A stretch of DNA of 64,000 nucleotides. It comes from an uncultured Gammaproteobacteria bacterium. Its GTDB lineage: Bacteria > Pseudomonadota > Gammaproteobacteria > CAWCPV01. Below the pieces are notes generated by a model. That model saw only the letters and a list, made by a program, of their open reading frames with translations, did not search any database and was not told the DNA's origin. Numbering within the stretch: the first letter of the stretch is position 1; each line of letters opens with the position of its first letter. Positions 11,751-22,885 of this stretch are shown piece by piece. Location of the stretch: NCBI GenBank assembly GCA_963797555.1, contig CAWCPV010000002.1:32001-96000 (forward strand). Reading direction: 5' to 3'. Made by a program: the position numbers and the translations under genes.

Positions 11751-12349
11751 ATGGTCAATATTATCTCCATGGTGAACCACAAGGGCGGCGTCGGTAAGAC
11801 AACGTCCGCAATCAACATCGCCGCAGCTCTGGCGGAGATCGACGGTGCTGTGCTGGTCGTGGACTTCGACCCGCAGGGCAGCGCGAGAGCCTGGCGTTGG
11901 GTGCTGACCTTTTGGCACGATGCCTGAAGCGCACGCCGGGCGACTGGCATTGGGTGATCGTCGACTGCCCGCCGAACATGGGGGTGCTTACCGTGAGCGC
12001 GCTCAGGGCCAGCCACCGCGCACTGTTTCCGGTGGAGGCAAGCTACCTGGCGCTGACCGGGGTGGTTCAGATGGTCGATGCGCTGCGGTCCATGCGCTCC
12101 CAGATTCCGGATCTGGAGATAGCGGGCGTCATCCCGTGTCGCGCTCACCCGCGGCGCCGGGTCCACGCTCGGGTCATGGAGAAACTGGAGCACATGTTTC
12201 CGGGAAAGGTCGGCCCGGTGGTCCGGGAGAATGCTTCCCTGGCGGAGGCGCCGGGCAGCGGACAGCCGGTGACCCGCTTTGCGCCCCGGTCCCACGGGGC
12301 GGAGGATTATCGAAGCGTGGCAGCATGGTTGGCCGCTCGGTCTCGTTGA
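11751..12349 (+). pseudogene. ParA/Soj-family ATPase with internal deletion and frameshift
   Basis: NHKGGVGKTT deviant Walker A, VDFDPQGSA, VIVDCPPNMG, RENASLAEAP; central segment missing. Confidence 0.85.
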
Positions 12350-12617
12350 AGGCCGTGCGATCTGCGGCGCAATGCAATCGGGAAGCGTCCTCCAGCCGCT
12401 TTGGTTCAAGGCTCGTGACCGTGTCTTTCTTCCTGCCGTTCGCCACAGCAGGCGTCTCAAAAGGCAGGGACCGGCGCGGGCTTCGCCGGCCACACCCGCC
12501 GACATGTCGCCCCGCGGCCGTCAGCGGTCGGCGTATGCTAGGATTAAGAACGAGCAGAAGCGTTGGGGGGTCGACACGAGGGTTTGTCCGGCCGGTGAGC
12601 CGGAGGAGGTTAAGGCA

Positions 12618-13274
12618 ATGGTCGAGGAGAAGAAGGCCCGAGCGGTCAAAGCCCCCACTACGAAAGAGCGGCCAGGAACTCCCGAGCAGGGAACAGCAGC
12701 GCCGCAGCCCAGCGCCACGGTGAAAACGGGGTTGGTGAGGACGTTGCACGGGGTCGACGAAATAGAGCAGGAGATTGTCGCGCTCGTGAGGAACACTCTC
12801 ACCGGCACTTTGCGTGCGACCGGCAACGTCGCCACCGAAGGCGTGAATGTGACCCGCGAGGTGGTCGGTGGCGCAGTGGCCGCCACTGAAGAGGTGGGCA
12901 CTGGGCTGATCCTGAGCGCAAAGAGCGTGGCCAAGGGGATGGTGCTCGGCGTGGGCGACGTCGGTGGTGATGTGGTTGATGTCGCGCGGGTGACCGTCAA
13001 GGCGCTCGTGACCGGCGCCTCGGACGTCGGAGCGGACGTCGCGGCGGCAGCGCGGCGAGCCGTCGATGGCGTCGTAGAAGCGGTCACCGAGACCGGCGGC
13101 AACGTCGGCCGGACGGCCACCGCCGCCGCCGAAGGAGCCCTGGATGCCGCAGGACGCGTCGGCAGCGCTGCAGTTACAGCCGTGAGGGATACCCTCGTTC
13201 TCGCAGTCACTGGCATCAAGGACATCCTCTCTGCCCTCCTGCCTCAGCGCACAGACCGCGAAACTACGGTGTGA
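12618..13274 (+). CDS. 22-residue amphipathic-repeat protein, copy 1 (unknown function)
   Basis: GGAGG RBS; seven consecutive 22-mers; paralogous to 20397-21053 and 51123-51842. Confidence 0.85.
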   Translation: MVEEKKARAVKAPTTKERPGTPEQGTAAPQPSATVKTGLVRTLHGVDEIEQEIVALVRNTLTGTLRATGNVATEGVNVTREVVGGAVAATEEVGTGLILSAKSVAKGMVLGVGDVGGDVVDVARVTVKALVTGASDVGADVAAAARRAVDGVVEAVTETGGNVGRTATAAAEGALDAAGRVGSAAVTAVRDTLVLAVTGIKDILSALLPQRTDRETTV

Positions 13275-14240
13275 CCCCGTCATGGGTATGGCCGGGCAGG
13301 CGCGCAGTGGCCCCCACACGCTACTGCGCGCCGACCGCACTTGACTCGGCACGCGGGGTCGATTCAGTTAGTGCCAGAGATCCTCTGGCTTTGCATTCGT
13401 GGTGTGCTCTGCGCCGAGCACGGCGCTCAGCCCTTCGTCGAGTCCCTCTTGCCCCTGGCGGAGTCCGCTCGCACCGCCTCGCGCCCATGACGAGTTGCAA
13501 GGAACGCTGCGCCGGCGGCAGGCGCTGTCGAAATTCGCTTGTGCATGGCTCTATCTCCTCTATCTCCGATCGTGGAGCATCATTGGGCGCCGCTTCGTTT
13601 CGACTATTCCTCCAAAGTCGTAATGAGCTCCTTGCCGACGGCCAACTATGCCCGTACCACATCGATACGCGCACAGGCGCCTGGGAAAAAGATCCCCTTC
13701 GGAGTTGAAAGGCTGGTCAATTCGGCTGCTGCGATGGGGGATCGTTTGCCGGGCGCACCGCCATACGTCGTGCCTGAATGAGTGCCGTCACATGGAGCAT
13801 GACGAATAGCGGCACGAGGCAGGCCGGGATCAGCACGAGCGGCAAGTGCGCCATCGGGCGGGCGGTCACCTCCCCTGCGGCGCTGCACCGGTCCCGGCGG
13901 GTAATCTCGATTCAGGATGCCGATCACGGTGGTCAGGACCATGGCGAACGCAATCCCTTGTCCGATGCGTCCGGGGGCGTGCGCCATCGTGGACGACGTG
14001 GGCAATGGGGCGTACTGCAGTGGGCCGCGCTCACTTGTCCAATTAGGACTTTACAGGGCGTGAACATGGGCGCCACCGTGTCCCCCGTGACGATGGGCGT
14101 TTGGCTGAATGCCGCCTACAACTTTCAGACCGTCAGAGGCCCAGAGGCTCGTACCCGAAGGCATGGTGGAGATTTTAACATCCTGCTGGACGTCGATGTC
14201 TAGGTCATCCGAGAAATTGGAACAGAAGGAGACAACTCGG

Positions 14241-14892
14241 ATGCATATAGTGGTTCTCGTCCTATTGGCGAGCCCATTCTATCTGAACGATTTCGCGAAT
14301 ATCTACATCAAAGACTGGCTCCTGTGGTTGTTTCTGGACTATATCGGCGTGAAGTTGTTTCCGCTGGCGCTTATGCTGTGGTTGATGCGAAGCGGGAAGA
14401 TGCGACCGGCAGAGTTTGGGCTAACGATCCAGAGCATGCGGTCATTTCTCCTTACCTTTATGGCTCTGACACTCGTTGGCACGATAATAGATCAAAATGG
14501 GTATCACTGGATAGCAAAGCTTCCTGGCTACCCGCCTCTTGGCGCTATGCCGGTCATTGGGAGCCCTGCCTGGAACTGGATTGACCTTACGTTGGGGCTG
14601 CTTCTGGTTGCGGCAGTCGAAGAACTCGTTTTTCGCGGCTATATGCGAACCTTTATAGGCAGGTTCACCGAAAACTGGTTTGCGATCGTTGTAATTTCGT
14701 CTGCCGCTTTCGGTCTTATCCACTGGAGTCTTGGTCTGCATGCAGTCCTGATCACCTCGATTATCGGCGCCGTGTTCATGATCGGGTACTTGAGGACGTT
14801 CCGCGCTGCCACCTGTCATACTAGCGCACTTTGCGGTCGACTTTATCGACTTCGCTGGTGTCATTCCAAAATCGATATTCAAATTATCCTGA
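14241..14892 (+). pseudogene. CPBP/Abi-family intramembrane protease, frameshift near 14800
   Basis: EELVFRG, FGLIH and ILAHF motifs; lower GC; AGGAG RBS. Confidence 0.8.
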
Positions 14893-14929
14893 GAGAAACA
14901 TGGCGGCTGGCTGTTTCCGGGCTTGAACC

Positions 14930-16344
14930 CATCCCATTACACACAACTCAAAGGACTTGAGCCTCACGCGCGTAGTGCAGTCCTGCCGCGAAGTCCATGA
15001 CGCGCGTGAGCCCTTGCCAGAGGGTTTTCACGCCGGGCTCGCCGTCGCCCTTGCGCCCCAGGAAGCCGCCGAGCCTGGCGATGAGATGCACCACTTGGTT
15101 CAGTCGGGGTGGCGTCTTCGGTGGGCGTTTCTTGTTCAGGAGGAAGGCTGCCTCCCACTCCTCGCGCTCGAACAACCACTCGGCCTCCAAGTCCGGACAG
15201 GTGCGCCCCAGGCGCATCAGCCGGGCGATGCGCCAGGCGACCACCATGAATAGCGCCAGCGCCCGTTCCAGGCGTTCCATGGTGCTGAGCTGCAACGCCT
15301 CCACGCGGCAGGCGTTCTTCAGCACGTGGAAGAAGAGTTCAATCTCCCAGCGGGCGCGATACCAGTCGATGAGCTCGGCCGCCGCCTCCAAGCTGGCGGC
15401 CTCACGGTTGGTGAGCAGGCGCCATTCGACGGGCTTCACGCCTGCTGGCGCGTCCACTTCCCGGGCCACGATGCAGGTGGCCTCCAACCGACCCCCCTTG
15501 CCGTCGGAGAGCTTCACACGCCTCGCCCACACCTGTTGGCAGACTTGCCGCGCTTTTTGTCCGTGGCGCGACGGCATCGTGAAGCGTATCCCGCCCAGGC
15601 ATTCGCCTCGGGTCACCTCCTCCCACAGCTTGCCGCCCTCGGGCAGCGCACGGTTGTGCCGGGAGCGGACCAACCAGTCGGCCGGCTGCCCCAGGTCGCG
15701 CGCTTTGGCCATCAGGGCTACGATGTCAGCCTCCCGGTCGGCTACATACACCAGGCGGGTCTGTGGAAGTTCGGACGCCAGCTCTGCCATGCGCTCATAG
15801 CCCTCCACCCAGCGGGTGCTTTCCAGAACACCTCCCCGAGGGCCTTCGGCGTCCTTCGGCTCGCGTGCCCACATCCACGCATCCAGCACGCCCAAGGGCT
15901 CGCGCGCGAGCGTCACGGCATACGTCGGATGCAGGTACATACCGCGTTGCGCCTCATAGCTCAACGGCCCCAGGCCAGCGATGTCCTGCCCGTTGAAGTC
16001 CACCTCCGTGGTGTCTTGGATGCACAGCACGATTTCGTGCTCCCGCATCCGGGCCGCAGAACACTGCCAGTGCGGCTCCAGGATGTCCCGCCAGTCCATC
16101 CCGTCGTGGGCAAAAAACCGGTAAGCTCCCTGGGTCTCGGCCCAGCCCCCACACGCTCCGGGAATGCTCGCGCTCGGCTTCTCCGCCAGCCGCTCGGCAA
16201 GCAACACGGCCCGCTTGCCCAGCCGCTTGTCGCCCAAATCGATGCCCCTAAATTCCTCCGCCGCCCAGCTCATCCCGACACCCCATCTTGTGACGTTATG
16301 TCAGGATGTTACACGATTGTCATCAAGTTGTGTGTAATGGGATG
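14930..16344 (-). mobile_element. IS4-family (IS50/Tn5-like) element, intact
   Basis: Perfect 19-bp IR CATCCCATTACACACAACT; 9-bp TSD GCTTGAACC at 14921-14929 and 16345-16353. Confidence 0.97.
14948..16273 (-). CDS. IS50-like DDE transposase
   Basis: WAAEEF..LGDKRL, QDTT, VADREAD, YRARWEIELFFHVLK, LGGFLGRKGDGEPG. Confidence 0.95.
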   Translation of the reverse strand: MSWAAEEFRGIDLGDKRLGKRAVLLAERLAEKPSASIPGACGGWAETQGAYRFFAHDGMDWRDILEPHWQCSAARMREHEIVLCIQDTTEVDFNGQDIAGLGPLSYEAQRGMYLHPTYAVTLAREPLGVLDAWMWAREPKDAEGPRGGVLESTRWVEGYERMAELASELPQTRLVYVADREADIVALMAKARDLGQPADWLVRSRHNRALPEGGKLWEEVTRGECLGGIRFTMPSRHGQKARQVCQQVWARRVKLSDGKGGRLEATCIVAREVDAPAGVKPVEWRLLTNREAASLEAAAELIDWYRARWEIELFFHVLKNACRVEALQLSTMERLERALALFMVVAWRIARLMRLGRTCPDLEAEWLFEREEWEAAFLLNKKRPPKTPPRLNQVVHLIARLGGFLGRKGDGEPGVKTLWQGLTRVMDFAAGLHYAREAQVL

Positions 16345-16519
16345 GCTTGAACCTTATCGACCCTCGGCGGCGGCATGCACGGCACGGTTGAGCTGCCGGG
16401 TGCTCAGGGGGGTGTTCCGTCGAGCCCGCCGGCAGTGCGGGCAGACAAGCGGGAACGTCCTAAATACGCCCCCAAGCGGCACCCTCCAAGGGGCGGCGGG
16501 CCGACACCCAAGACGCGTT

Positions 16520-17150
16520 GCGTCGGGTCGGTAGTGCTCCACCTCGAAGGTACCACCAAAAGCATCCGGCATCAGGCAATAGACGCAGCCGTGGTGGAAC
16601 TCCTCGGCGAGAGCGTCGATGTAGTCCCGTGGATTCGAGCAGCAACCACTGGCGACACCATCAAGGGCTGCGAGCGCTGTTTCGAGCTTCTGCTTCATCC
16701 CGGCATCCTTCTCGCCACTGAGCACCTTGACCAGCTTCTTACGGCGTCTTCCTTGGATCGCGTAGCGTCGTCCAAACCTCAGTGATCACGAGTCTCAATG
16801 TGCTCTGAACTTCACGCTGGCCGAATCGTTTGGGCGCAACGTCTCTTCTGTGAGCGCACCCGCCTTCGAGCGGGGCTTCGCTCGCTTGGCCTCGAACCAG
16901 AGATGCTCGGCCATCGAATCCTGGCAGGGATTGACGATGTACACGCCTCCGGGCTCGGGCTCGAACCACTTCTTGCCCTTTCTCCCGTTGCAGGCGCGAC
17001 AGGCGTAGAAGAGGTTCGAATACTCGGTGCGCAGATCCTCGAACTTGATCGAGGGGCGGGCGTCAGGTCTCTCAACGTTGGCTTGTCCGGCGGGCGATAC
17101 CGGCCAGGCCCGCTGGGCCGAGTGCTCTTGGTGGGTTGGCATGAGCGCAG
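16520..17150 (-). pseudogene. HNH endonuclease fragments in scrambled order
   Basis: KFEDLRTEYSNLFYACRACNGRKG...NPCQD (17050-16800) lies upstream of EEFHHGCVYCLMPD...EVEHYRP (16630-16525). Confidence 0.65.
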
Positions 17151-17274
17151 CGAACCCCAACGAATTCCGGCTACTGGCCGCGACCGTAGAGGACAAGGGT
17201 CGCTGTCGGGCTTCACGTCGTTCACCCCAATCTAACGCTCGACGGCTCGCACTGTCACGGCCTGGCTTCAGCAC

Positions 17275-17790
17275 GGGGACCTTCTCGATCACGTTGCGCG
17301 TGGTTAATCCGGGCGCTAGCACGTGCAGCGTGACACGGAGACAATAAGCAAAAAAGGCGATCCGAATGGCCAAAACACCCTTAAAATTCTTGAACGCTTC
17401 TTCCACCGCGACCAGTTGCAGGTAAAACGCCCATAGCTTGGCGGGATCGGTGTCGTGAGATTGGTGCGCAGCAGATACCACCGCACCTCGCGCAGTTTAT
17501 CGCGGCGCAACCGGTAGGTAGACGTGGCATCCTTGGGGTCGACCATACTGGCGCTCAATGCCCGCGAGGAACTCCCTCAACGTCGTATTGTCTGCCTGCC
17601 CGCCAACACTTCATGCGCCAGTGGCAAGCCTTCCGGCGTCACCACTAAGGCGATCACCACCTGCACACAATCCCTGCGCTTATCACGCAAGTGGCCAAAT
17701 CGTCGTTTGTCGTCCTCCGACTGGAGGTCCCTGGGTGGCGGCGTGAAAAGCCTTCGCAAGCCGGTTCGCTCCACTTGGCGAGAATCGGAG
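17275..17790 (-). mobile_element. Heavily deleted IS1634-family remnant
   Basis: Patches homologous to 28800-30498: KRRFGHLRDKRRDCVQVVIAL, YLQLVAVEEAFKNFKG. Confidence 0.8.
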
Positions 17791-17937
17791 CTGCTCGCGG
17801 GCCGATGACCCGCGAAGCAGGTGGTCCGGCTCGGACGCACACCGGCCACATCTCGCTGGCCTCCCCCGGTTGGGGAGTCGGCGTTCTCGCGCCTCAGGTG
17901 ACGGCTCGCCGGCAGCGCAGCTCGGGCCGAGACGTGG

Positions 17938-18735
17938 CTATCCGCCGGACGGTAAGAGACCGGGCAGTTCCGCTCTGCGGTAGCCGTCTGGAATCAGGAA
18001 CAGGCTCTGCGCGAGTGCGCCATGGGAAACGTTGGCGAGCCGAGCCGATCCACCCGTGGCGACGTCGGTTGCCGCGATGGGCAGCCCTTGCAGGCTTTCC
18101 AAGGCATAAGCCCACGCGTCCCCCTTGAACCGGTGCAGCAAGGGACCTGCGTGTTGTGCGAGCTCCCGGGCGAAGCTCGCGAGGGACTTGAAGGTTCTAA
18201 AGTCCGCGGCGGAGACCGGGACGTCTCCCGGATCGGCGTCGCACACCTCGCCGACCTCGTCCGGGCCCTGGATGATCCTGTAGACCCTGCAAGGGATTCC
18301 ATTGACGGTCCCGGTTGCAGACGTGCCGACTACATGCGGGTGCGTGACTTCGCCGCGCTGCACCAGGCCCGAGAGGCCCCAGCGCGCGAGCTGCTCCTCG
18401 ACCGCTTGGCGCTGTGAGGGGGACAGCTCCTGCGTCTGCCCCTGCAACAGGCCCAACGCTTGCTGCCCGTAACTGATCAGACCCTGAAGCTGCGCAGCCG
18501 TCGACTCGTCCGCCTGGTAATACTCTCGGTGCCGCTGGTCTACGGCGCGCAGCATTCGGTGCGCCTCGTCGTAGACGGCGTAGCCGGCGCCCGCCTGACC
18601 GGCCGGCCCCAGCCGGACCTTGCCCGCACTGATGTAGACCGCCCCGGATGGGACGCCGTGGCTGCCCTGGAATGTGAGCTCAGTGTCCGACCAAGCAGAC
18701 GACGCTTGGCCTAGCCCGACCAGCATAGCGATCAT
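17938..18735 (-). CDS. Exported DUF4412-like protein
   Basis: Signal-like N-terminus; ...TVNGIPCRVY...GLPI...LFLIPDGYRR pattern; start uncertain. Confidence 0.6.
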   Translation of the reverse strand: MIAMLVGLGQASSAWSDTELTFQGSHGVPSGAVYISAGKVRLGPAGQAGAGYAVYDEAHRMLRAVDQRHREYYQADESTAAQLQGLISYGQQALGLLQGQTQELSPSQRQAVEEQLARWGLSGLVQRGEVTHPHVVGTSATGTVNGIPCRVYRIIQGPDEVGEVCDADPGDVPVSAADFRTFKSLASFARELAQHAGPLLHRFKGDAWAYALESLQGLPIAATDVATGGSARLANVSHGALAQSLFLIPDGYRRAELPGLLPSGG

Positions 18736-19289
18736 CGTGACGCGTGGGGGAGTCACGTCTGGCCTCCTGAAGGCAAGCGCCGATGCACAGGGTTGCGCGC
18801 CCCAACGAGGGGCGGTCGCCCGAACAGAAACCGGCCCGTTCGCGCAGCTTACAGAGTAGACCACCTCGGCGCGGGTGCACAACCGGACGCGCCGCGGCGG
18901 TGCGGCCACACTGAGGGAGCGAAAGCACCGCAGGCAAAGGGCTACCATACCTGACTATGTGGTGGCCTTCCAACGCCTGAAGATGCGAGGCAGCGTTCGG
19001 GTGCCCCAGGCGATACACCGGGGACGCCCTGTGCGCGGTAAGATCAGCGCTGCGGCCGCGAGCCGACCGAAGGCTGGTTCGGGCTGGCATGCGGAGATCG
19101 GGCCCGCCACGGGGCGCCGAGCCTGCGCGGAGGAGGCCGTCCAGGTGTGACTGCCCGCGCGGCTCCCATGGCACCGTGCTCGTGACCTCGTGGGCCCCCC
19201 AAAAGGGGATGCAGTCCTGGCAGCGGGATTGGCCGACCGTCACGGTGACCCGGCGCCGACGACTGATTCTCCTCACAGGAGGCAGTGAG

Positions 19290-19685
19290 ATGACTTACGA
19301 CCAACTGATGGAGATATTGCATCGAGCCGCTCCCGGGGACTGGCTCCACGACAAGCAGAGGGGGATCTTCACGAATCGATACGACTTGGATATCCGCATC
19401 GAGCGTCAGTCATCCGCCGGAAGAGACGATGCGTACATCGAGCATTGGGCGTGTCCCTCCCCCGGCTCCAAGGCCCGCACCGTGCAATACAGCCTCTATT
19501 ACCGCAGCTCGCTGGTAGAGCACTTCATGCTGGTGGATATCGAGGGAGGGGAGGCGCAATTACCCATGCCCCGCCACGGTGTCAAGCTTACGGTGTCGCC
19601 GAAGGATTACGCGCTGGCCAAGGCCGTGGACACGACTGGTCGCCTCGACCAATACATGAGTCAGTGCGACATCTCGGTTTCCTGA
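19290..19685 (+). CDS. Hypothetical protein (131 aa)
   Basis: AGGAGG RBS before ATG 19290; protein-like composition MTYDQLMEILHRAAPGDW... Confidence 0.7.
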   Translation: MTYDQLMEILHRAAPGDWLHDKQRGIFTNRYDLDIRIERQSSAGRDDAYIEHWACPSPGSKARTVQYSLYYRSSLVEHFMLVDIEGGEAQLPMPRHGVKLTVSPKDYALAKAVDTTGRLDQYMSQCDISVS

Positions 19686-19904
19686 CCGTCCCCCCTCTCT
19701 CCAACACATTGCCTCGGCAGGGGCAACGGACCGACTTGGGCCGATGCGCTTCGGGAGTTGCTGCAAGAGGCTCGCCGGTATTTCGAGATGGTGGACTCAC
19801 GAGGCTGAAGGTTTATAAGGTCTATAGAGAAGACGAGCGGAAGGTGCGCCAATACGGCATCGGCAAGCGTCGGACAGACGCGTTCCACAAGGGTTGCGAC
19901 GTGG

Positions 19905-20110
19905 TTGCTCGGCTACGAGCGCGTCCTCGGCGACGCCAGGAGCGGCGATTGCACGCTGTTCCAGCGCGTGGACTACGTCGAAGAGGCGGGGGCGCAACGT
20001 CGACCCGGTGTCAAAAGCGGGTGCACGCCGGTCTGCAAGTGCGAGCCCGGCACGTGGGGCCGAAGGAGGTGGGCGAAAGCGTCACTCCGCCGGGCGGCTG
20101 GCAAAACCCG
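19905..20110 (+). pseudogene. zwf: Glucose-6-phosphate dehydrogenase C-terminal relic
   Basis: GYERVLGDARSGDCTLFQRVDYVEEA followed by PGTWG(P) in degraded frames. Confidence 0.55.
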
Positions 20111-20396
20111 ACACTCGGGCCGTAGCCCGCCCGCAGTCTACCCGGACTCCGTGGAGCGGCTGCTCTTCTCGCAGGCCGTCGCCGAGCCCCAGGAGCTGGT
20201 CGGCGGAGTGCGCGAGGCCCTCGCGAGCTTCGGTGGCGGCGCGCCTCTGGCCGACGATTCTCAGCGTCCTCGCGATGCATGACCGCGGCAACGTTGAAGC
20301 TGTCCCTCTCGCATGAAAGGCCAACGGCGGCCTGGAACACCCGAAGCCGTTGCCGACCTGCTCCCAGAAAACCATCCCGAAATCATCGGGCGTCGT

Positions 20397-21053
20397 TCAC
20401 TTCTCAGGCGGTCGCTTCGCCGCTTCGGGCAGGACCGCCGAGACCACGTCTTTCACCCCCGTGGCGGCCAAGACCAAGGTATCTCGCACTGCGCTTACCG
20501 CGGTGGCACCGATTCTGCCGGCGGCGTCGATGGCGCCCTCGCCGGCTGCGGTCGCAGCTCGGCCGACGTTGCCGCCGGTCTCGGTAACGGCCTCCACCAC
20601 CCCGTCGAAGGAGCGCTTGGCAACGGATACCACGTCCGAGCCCAGTTCGTAGGCACTGGCGACCAAAGACTTGACGGTCACTCGGGCAACATCGACGACG
20701 TCGCCGCCGACTTCCCCGACGCCGAGTATCACGCCCTTAGCAACGCCCTTGGCGCTCAGTACCAGCCCAGTGCCCACCTCTTCCGAGGCGGCAACGGCAC
20801 CCCCCACCACCTCTCGGGTGACGTTCACACCTTCGGTGGCCACATTTCCCGTGGCCCTGAGGGCGCCGACGACCGTGTGTTTTACCAGAGCCACGATCTC
20901 GCGCTCCACGTCGTCGATGCCTCTCAATGTATTGATCATGGCAAGCTTGATCGTGATGCTTGCCCCGGAATCCATTGCCTCACGTTCCGCCCTGGCTGCC
21001 GGGAGGTCGCTCCGCGCGGCCTCGCCTGGTTCGGTCTCGTGTTCTTCGTTCAT
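20397..21053 (-). CDS. 22-residue amphipathic-repeat protein, copy 2
   Basis: AGGAGGTG RBS; colinear with copies 1 and 3. Confidence 0.85.
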   Translation of the reverse strand: MNEEHETEPGEAARSDLPAARAEREAMDSGASITIKLAMINTLRGIDDVEREIVALVKHTVVGALRATGNVATEGVNVTREVVGGAVAASEEVGTGLVLSAKGVAKGVILGVGEVGGDVVDVARVTVKSLVASAYELGSDVVSVAKRSFDGVVEAVTETGGNVGRAATAAGEGAIDAAGRIGATAVSAVRDTLVLAATGVKDVVSAVLPEAAKRPPEK

Positions 21054-21709
21054 CGTTCACCTCCTTGTCCGCGCAGGGGCCAGATACTCTGCCGCCGGCC
21101 TCTGCTTGCTGGCCAGAAACCTGCTCGTGACGTCATCTCGTCGCCACAAACATTCATATTAGTTGACTCCCAATGAGCATGCCCACCATGATCGGCATTG
21201 TCGCGGCCCGCAGGATCGAAAGCGGGTCCAGCGACCCAGTGCGTCGTCTTCGCTCCGCGGTCCGCCTTTGGCACCAGTGTCGGGGCTACTTCGACCGAAA
21301 GGGGGCACTGCCCGCCACGGCTGCGCGACTGGCCCTTTTGGCCGGGTGACGCGCCCGTTCGAGCTTTCTCCCTCTGGGTCCGCTAGACACGCTTGGCATA
21401 CTGCACCATAGGTTGCTCTCCGACTGTGACTGAAGCGTCAAGGCCGGGTGACGCAATTTGCTGCGAAGCCGCAACGCCTCAACCGCGTTGGACTGGGCTG
21501 GCACACCTTCGATCGCGCGGCTAGGAAGGCAGCGCGCTTACACCCCGACCAGCACATGTTCACAGCCCTGTAACAGCAGTCGGATAAGGTCGACATGGCG
21601 GCGGCTTCCGACGAGTGAGCGGGCGCTGCGGAGCCCCCGCCAGACGCCGCGCCTCGCCGAGTCGGTCTTGCAGCGTTCGCCACTGCAGCATGGGAACTCC
21701 GCCCTTTGG

Positions 21710-22885
21710 AAATCGAGATGCCGTCCGATTGCGATGACGTGAATCGCCTGTTGGCCCGCATCAACGCCGCACCCATCGACCGCAGGAGCTTCCTCGCTGC
21801 CGCCGCATTCCATTGCCGGCTCCGCGGCGCGAGCCGTCGCCTCCGATGGGACGACGAAGCCGCGCTTCATCGCCTATCCCTTCGCTCTCGGCGTGGCGTC
21901 GGTGGAGGGCGTGCACACGGCAAGCACGGAGCTGGCCCACAGCGTGCACGTCGACGTAAACGGGCTGCGGCTTCGCCTCCTGCCAGGATTACGAGCACGG
22001 CTATTACTCGGCCTATCGACACATGGCCGAAGGGAATCTGGACCTCGTCGTCTTCCTCGGCGACTACATATACGAGGGCACCTGGGGCACCACCCTGGTC
22101 CGCCGTCATGCGCCCCCAGGGGACTGCGTCACCTTGGCCGACTATCGCATCCGCCACGCCCAGTACAAGAGCGACCGGGACCTTCAACGCATGCACGCCG
22201 CAGCGCCGTGGCTGTGCACCTGGGACGACCACGAGGTGAGCAACGACTACGCCGCGGACCAGTCGGAGTTCCTCGACCCGCACTTTCTGCTGCGTCGGGC
22301 CGCAGCCTACCAAGCCTATTTCGAGCACATGCCCTTGCCTAACCACATGGTGCCCAGAGGGCCGAACGCGGCTATTTACACCCACGTGGACTTTGGCACG
22401 CTGGTGCGATTCTATCTGCTGGACGACCGGCAGTACCGCAGCTACCAGGCATGTCCCAAGCCCGGCCAGGGCGGGTCAAACGTCGTGGGCCCGGACTGCA
22501 AGGAGCACGAAGATCCCGACCGTACCCTGCTCGGGCATGCCCAAGAGCAGTGGCTTTACGCGCGGTTCGCGGACTCGGGCGCCCGGTGGAACGTGTTGGC
22601 CCAGCAGTCGCTCATGGCCTATCTGGACAACAAGCCCGGCCCGGAGGAGGCGGTATGGACTGACGCCTGGTCGGGCTATCCGAGCTCGCGCCGCGCCCTC
22701 CTGGAACGGCTCGTCAAGCACAAGACGGCCAATCCCGTGGTCATCGGCGGTGACATTCACGCGAACGTGGTCGCGGACTTGCGCCTCGACGCTCGAGACC
22801 GCAGCTCTGCGCTGGTCGCCGCCGAATTTTGCGGCACTTCGATCAGCTCGGAGGGTCGCTCCAACGCCAGCTTCTGGGATCCCGT
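21710..22885 (+). pseudogene. phoD: Alkaline phosphatase D, deleted, frameshifted and 3'-truncated
   Basis: Tat-like DRRSFLAAA, YPF.LGVAS, FLGDYIYE, WDDHEV.NDY, LDDRQYR, GGDIHA, EFCGTSISS. Confidence 0.85.

Noticed and set aside
12174-13352. Long antisense ORFs over the repeat-protein genes (also 20313-21176 and 50978-52151)
   Set aside because: GC-rich shadow frames; RBS and cross-copy conservation support the opposite strand.
13280-14100. Short ORFs including a possible MFS fragment (GQGIAFAMVLTT)
   Set aside because: Too short and degraded to support a call.
14040-14930. CPBP gene as an integron cassette
   Set aside because: Lower GC, but I found no convincing attC (RYYYAAC...GTTRRRY) pair and no integrase.
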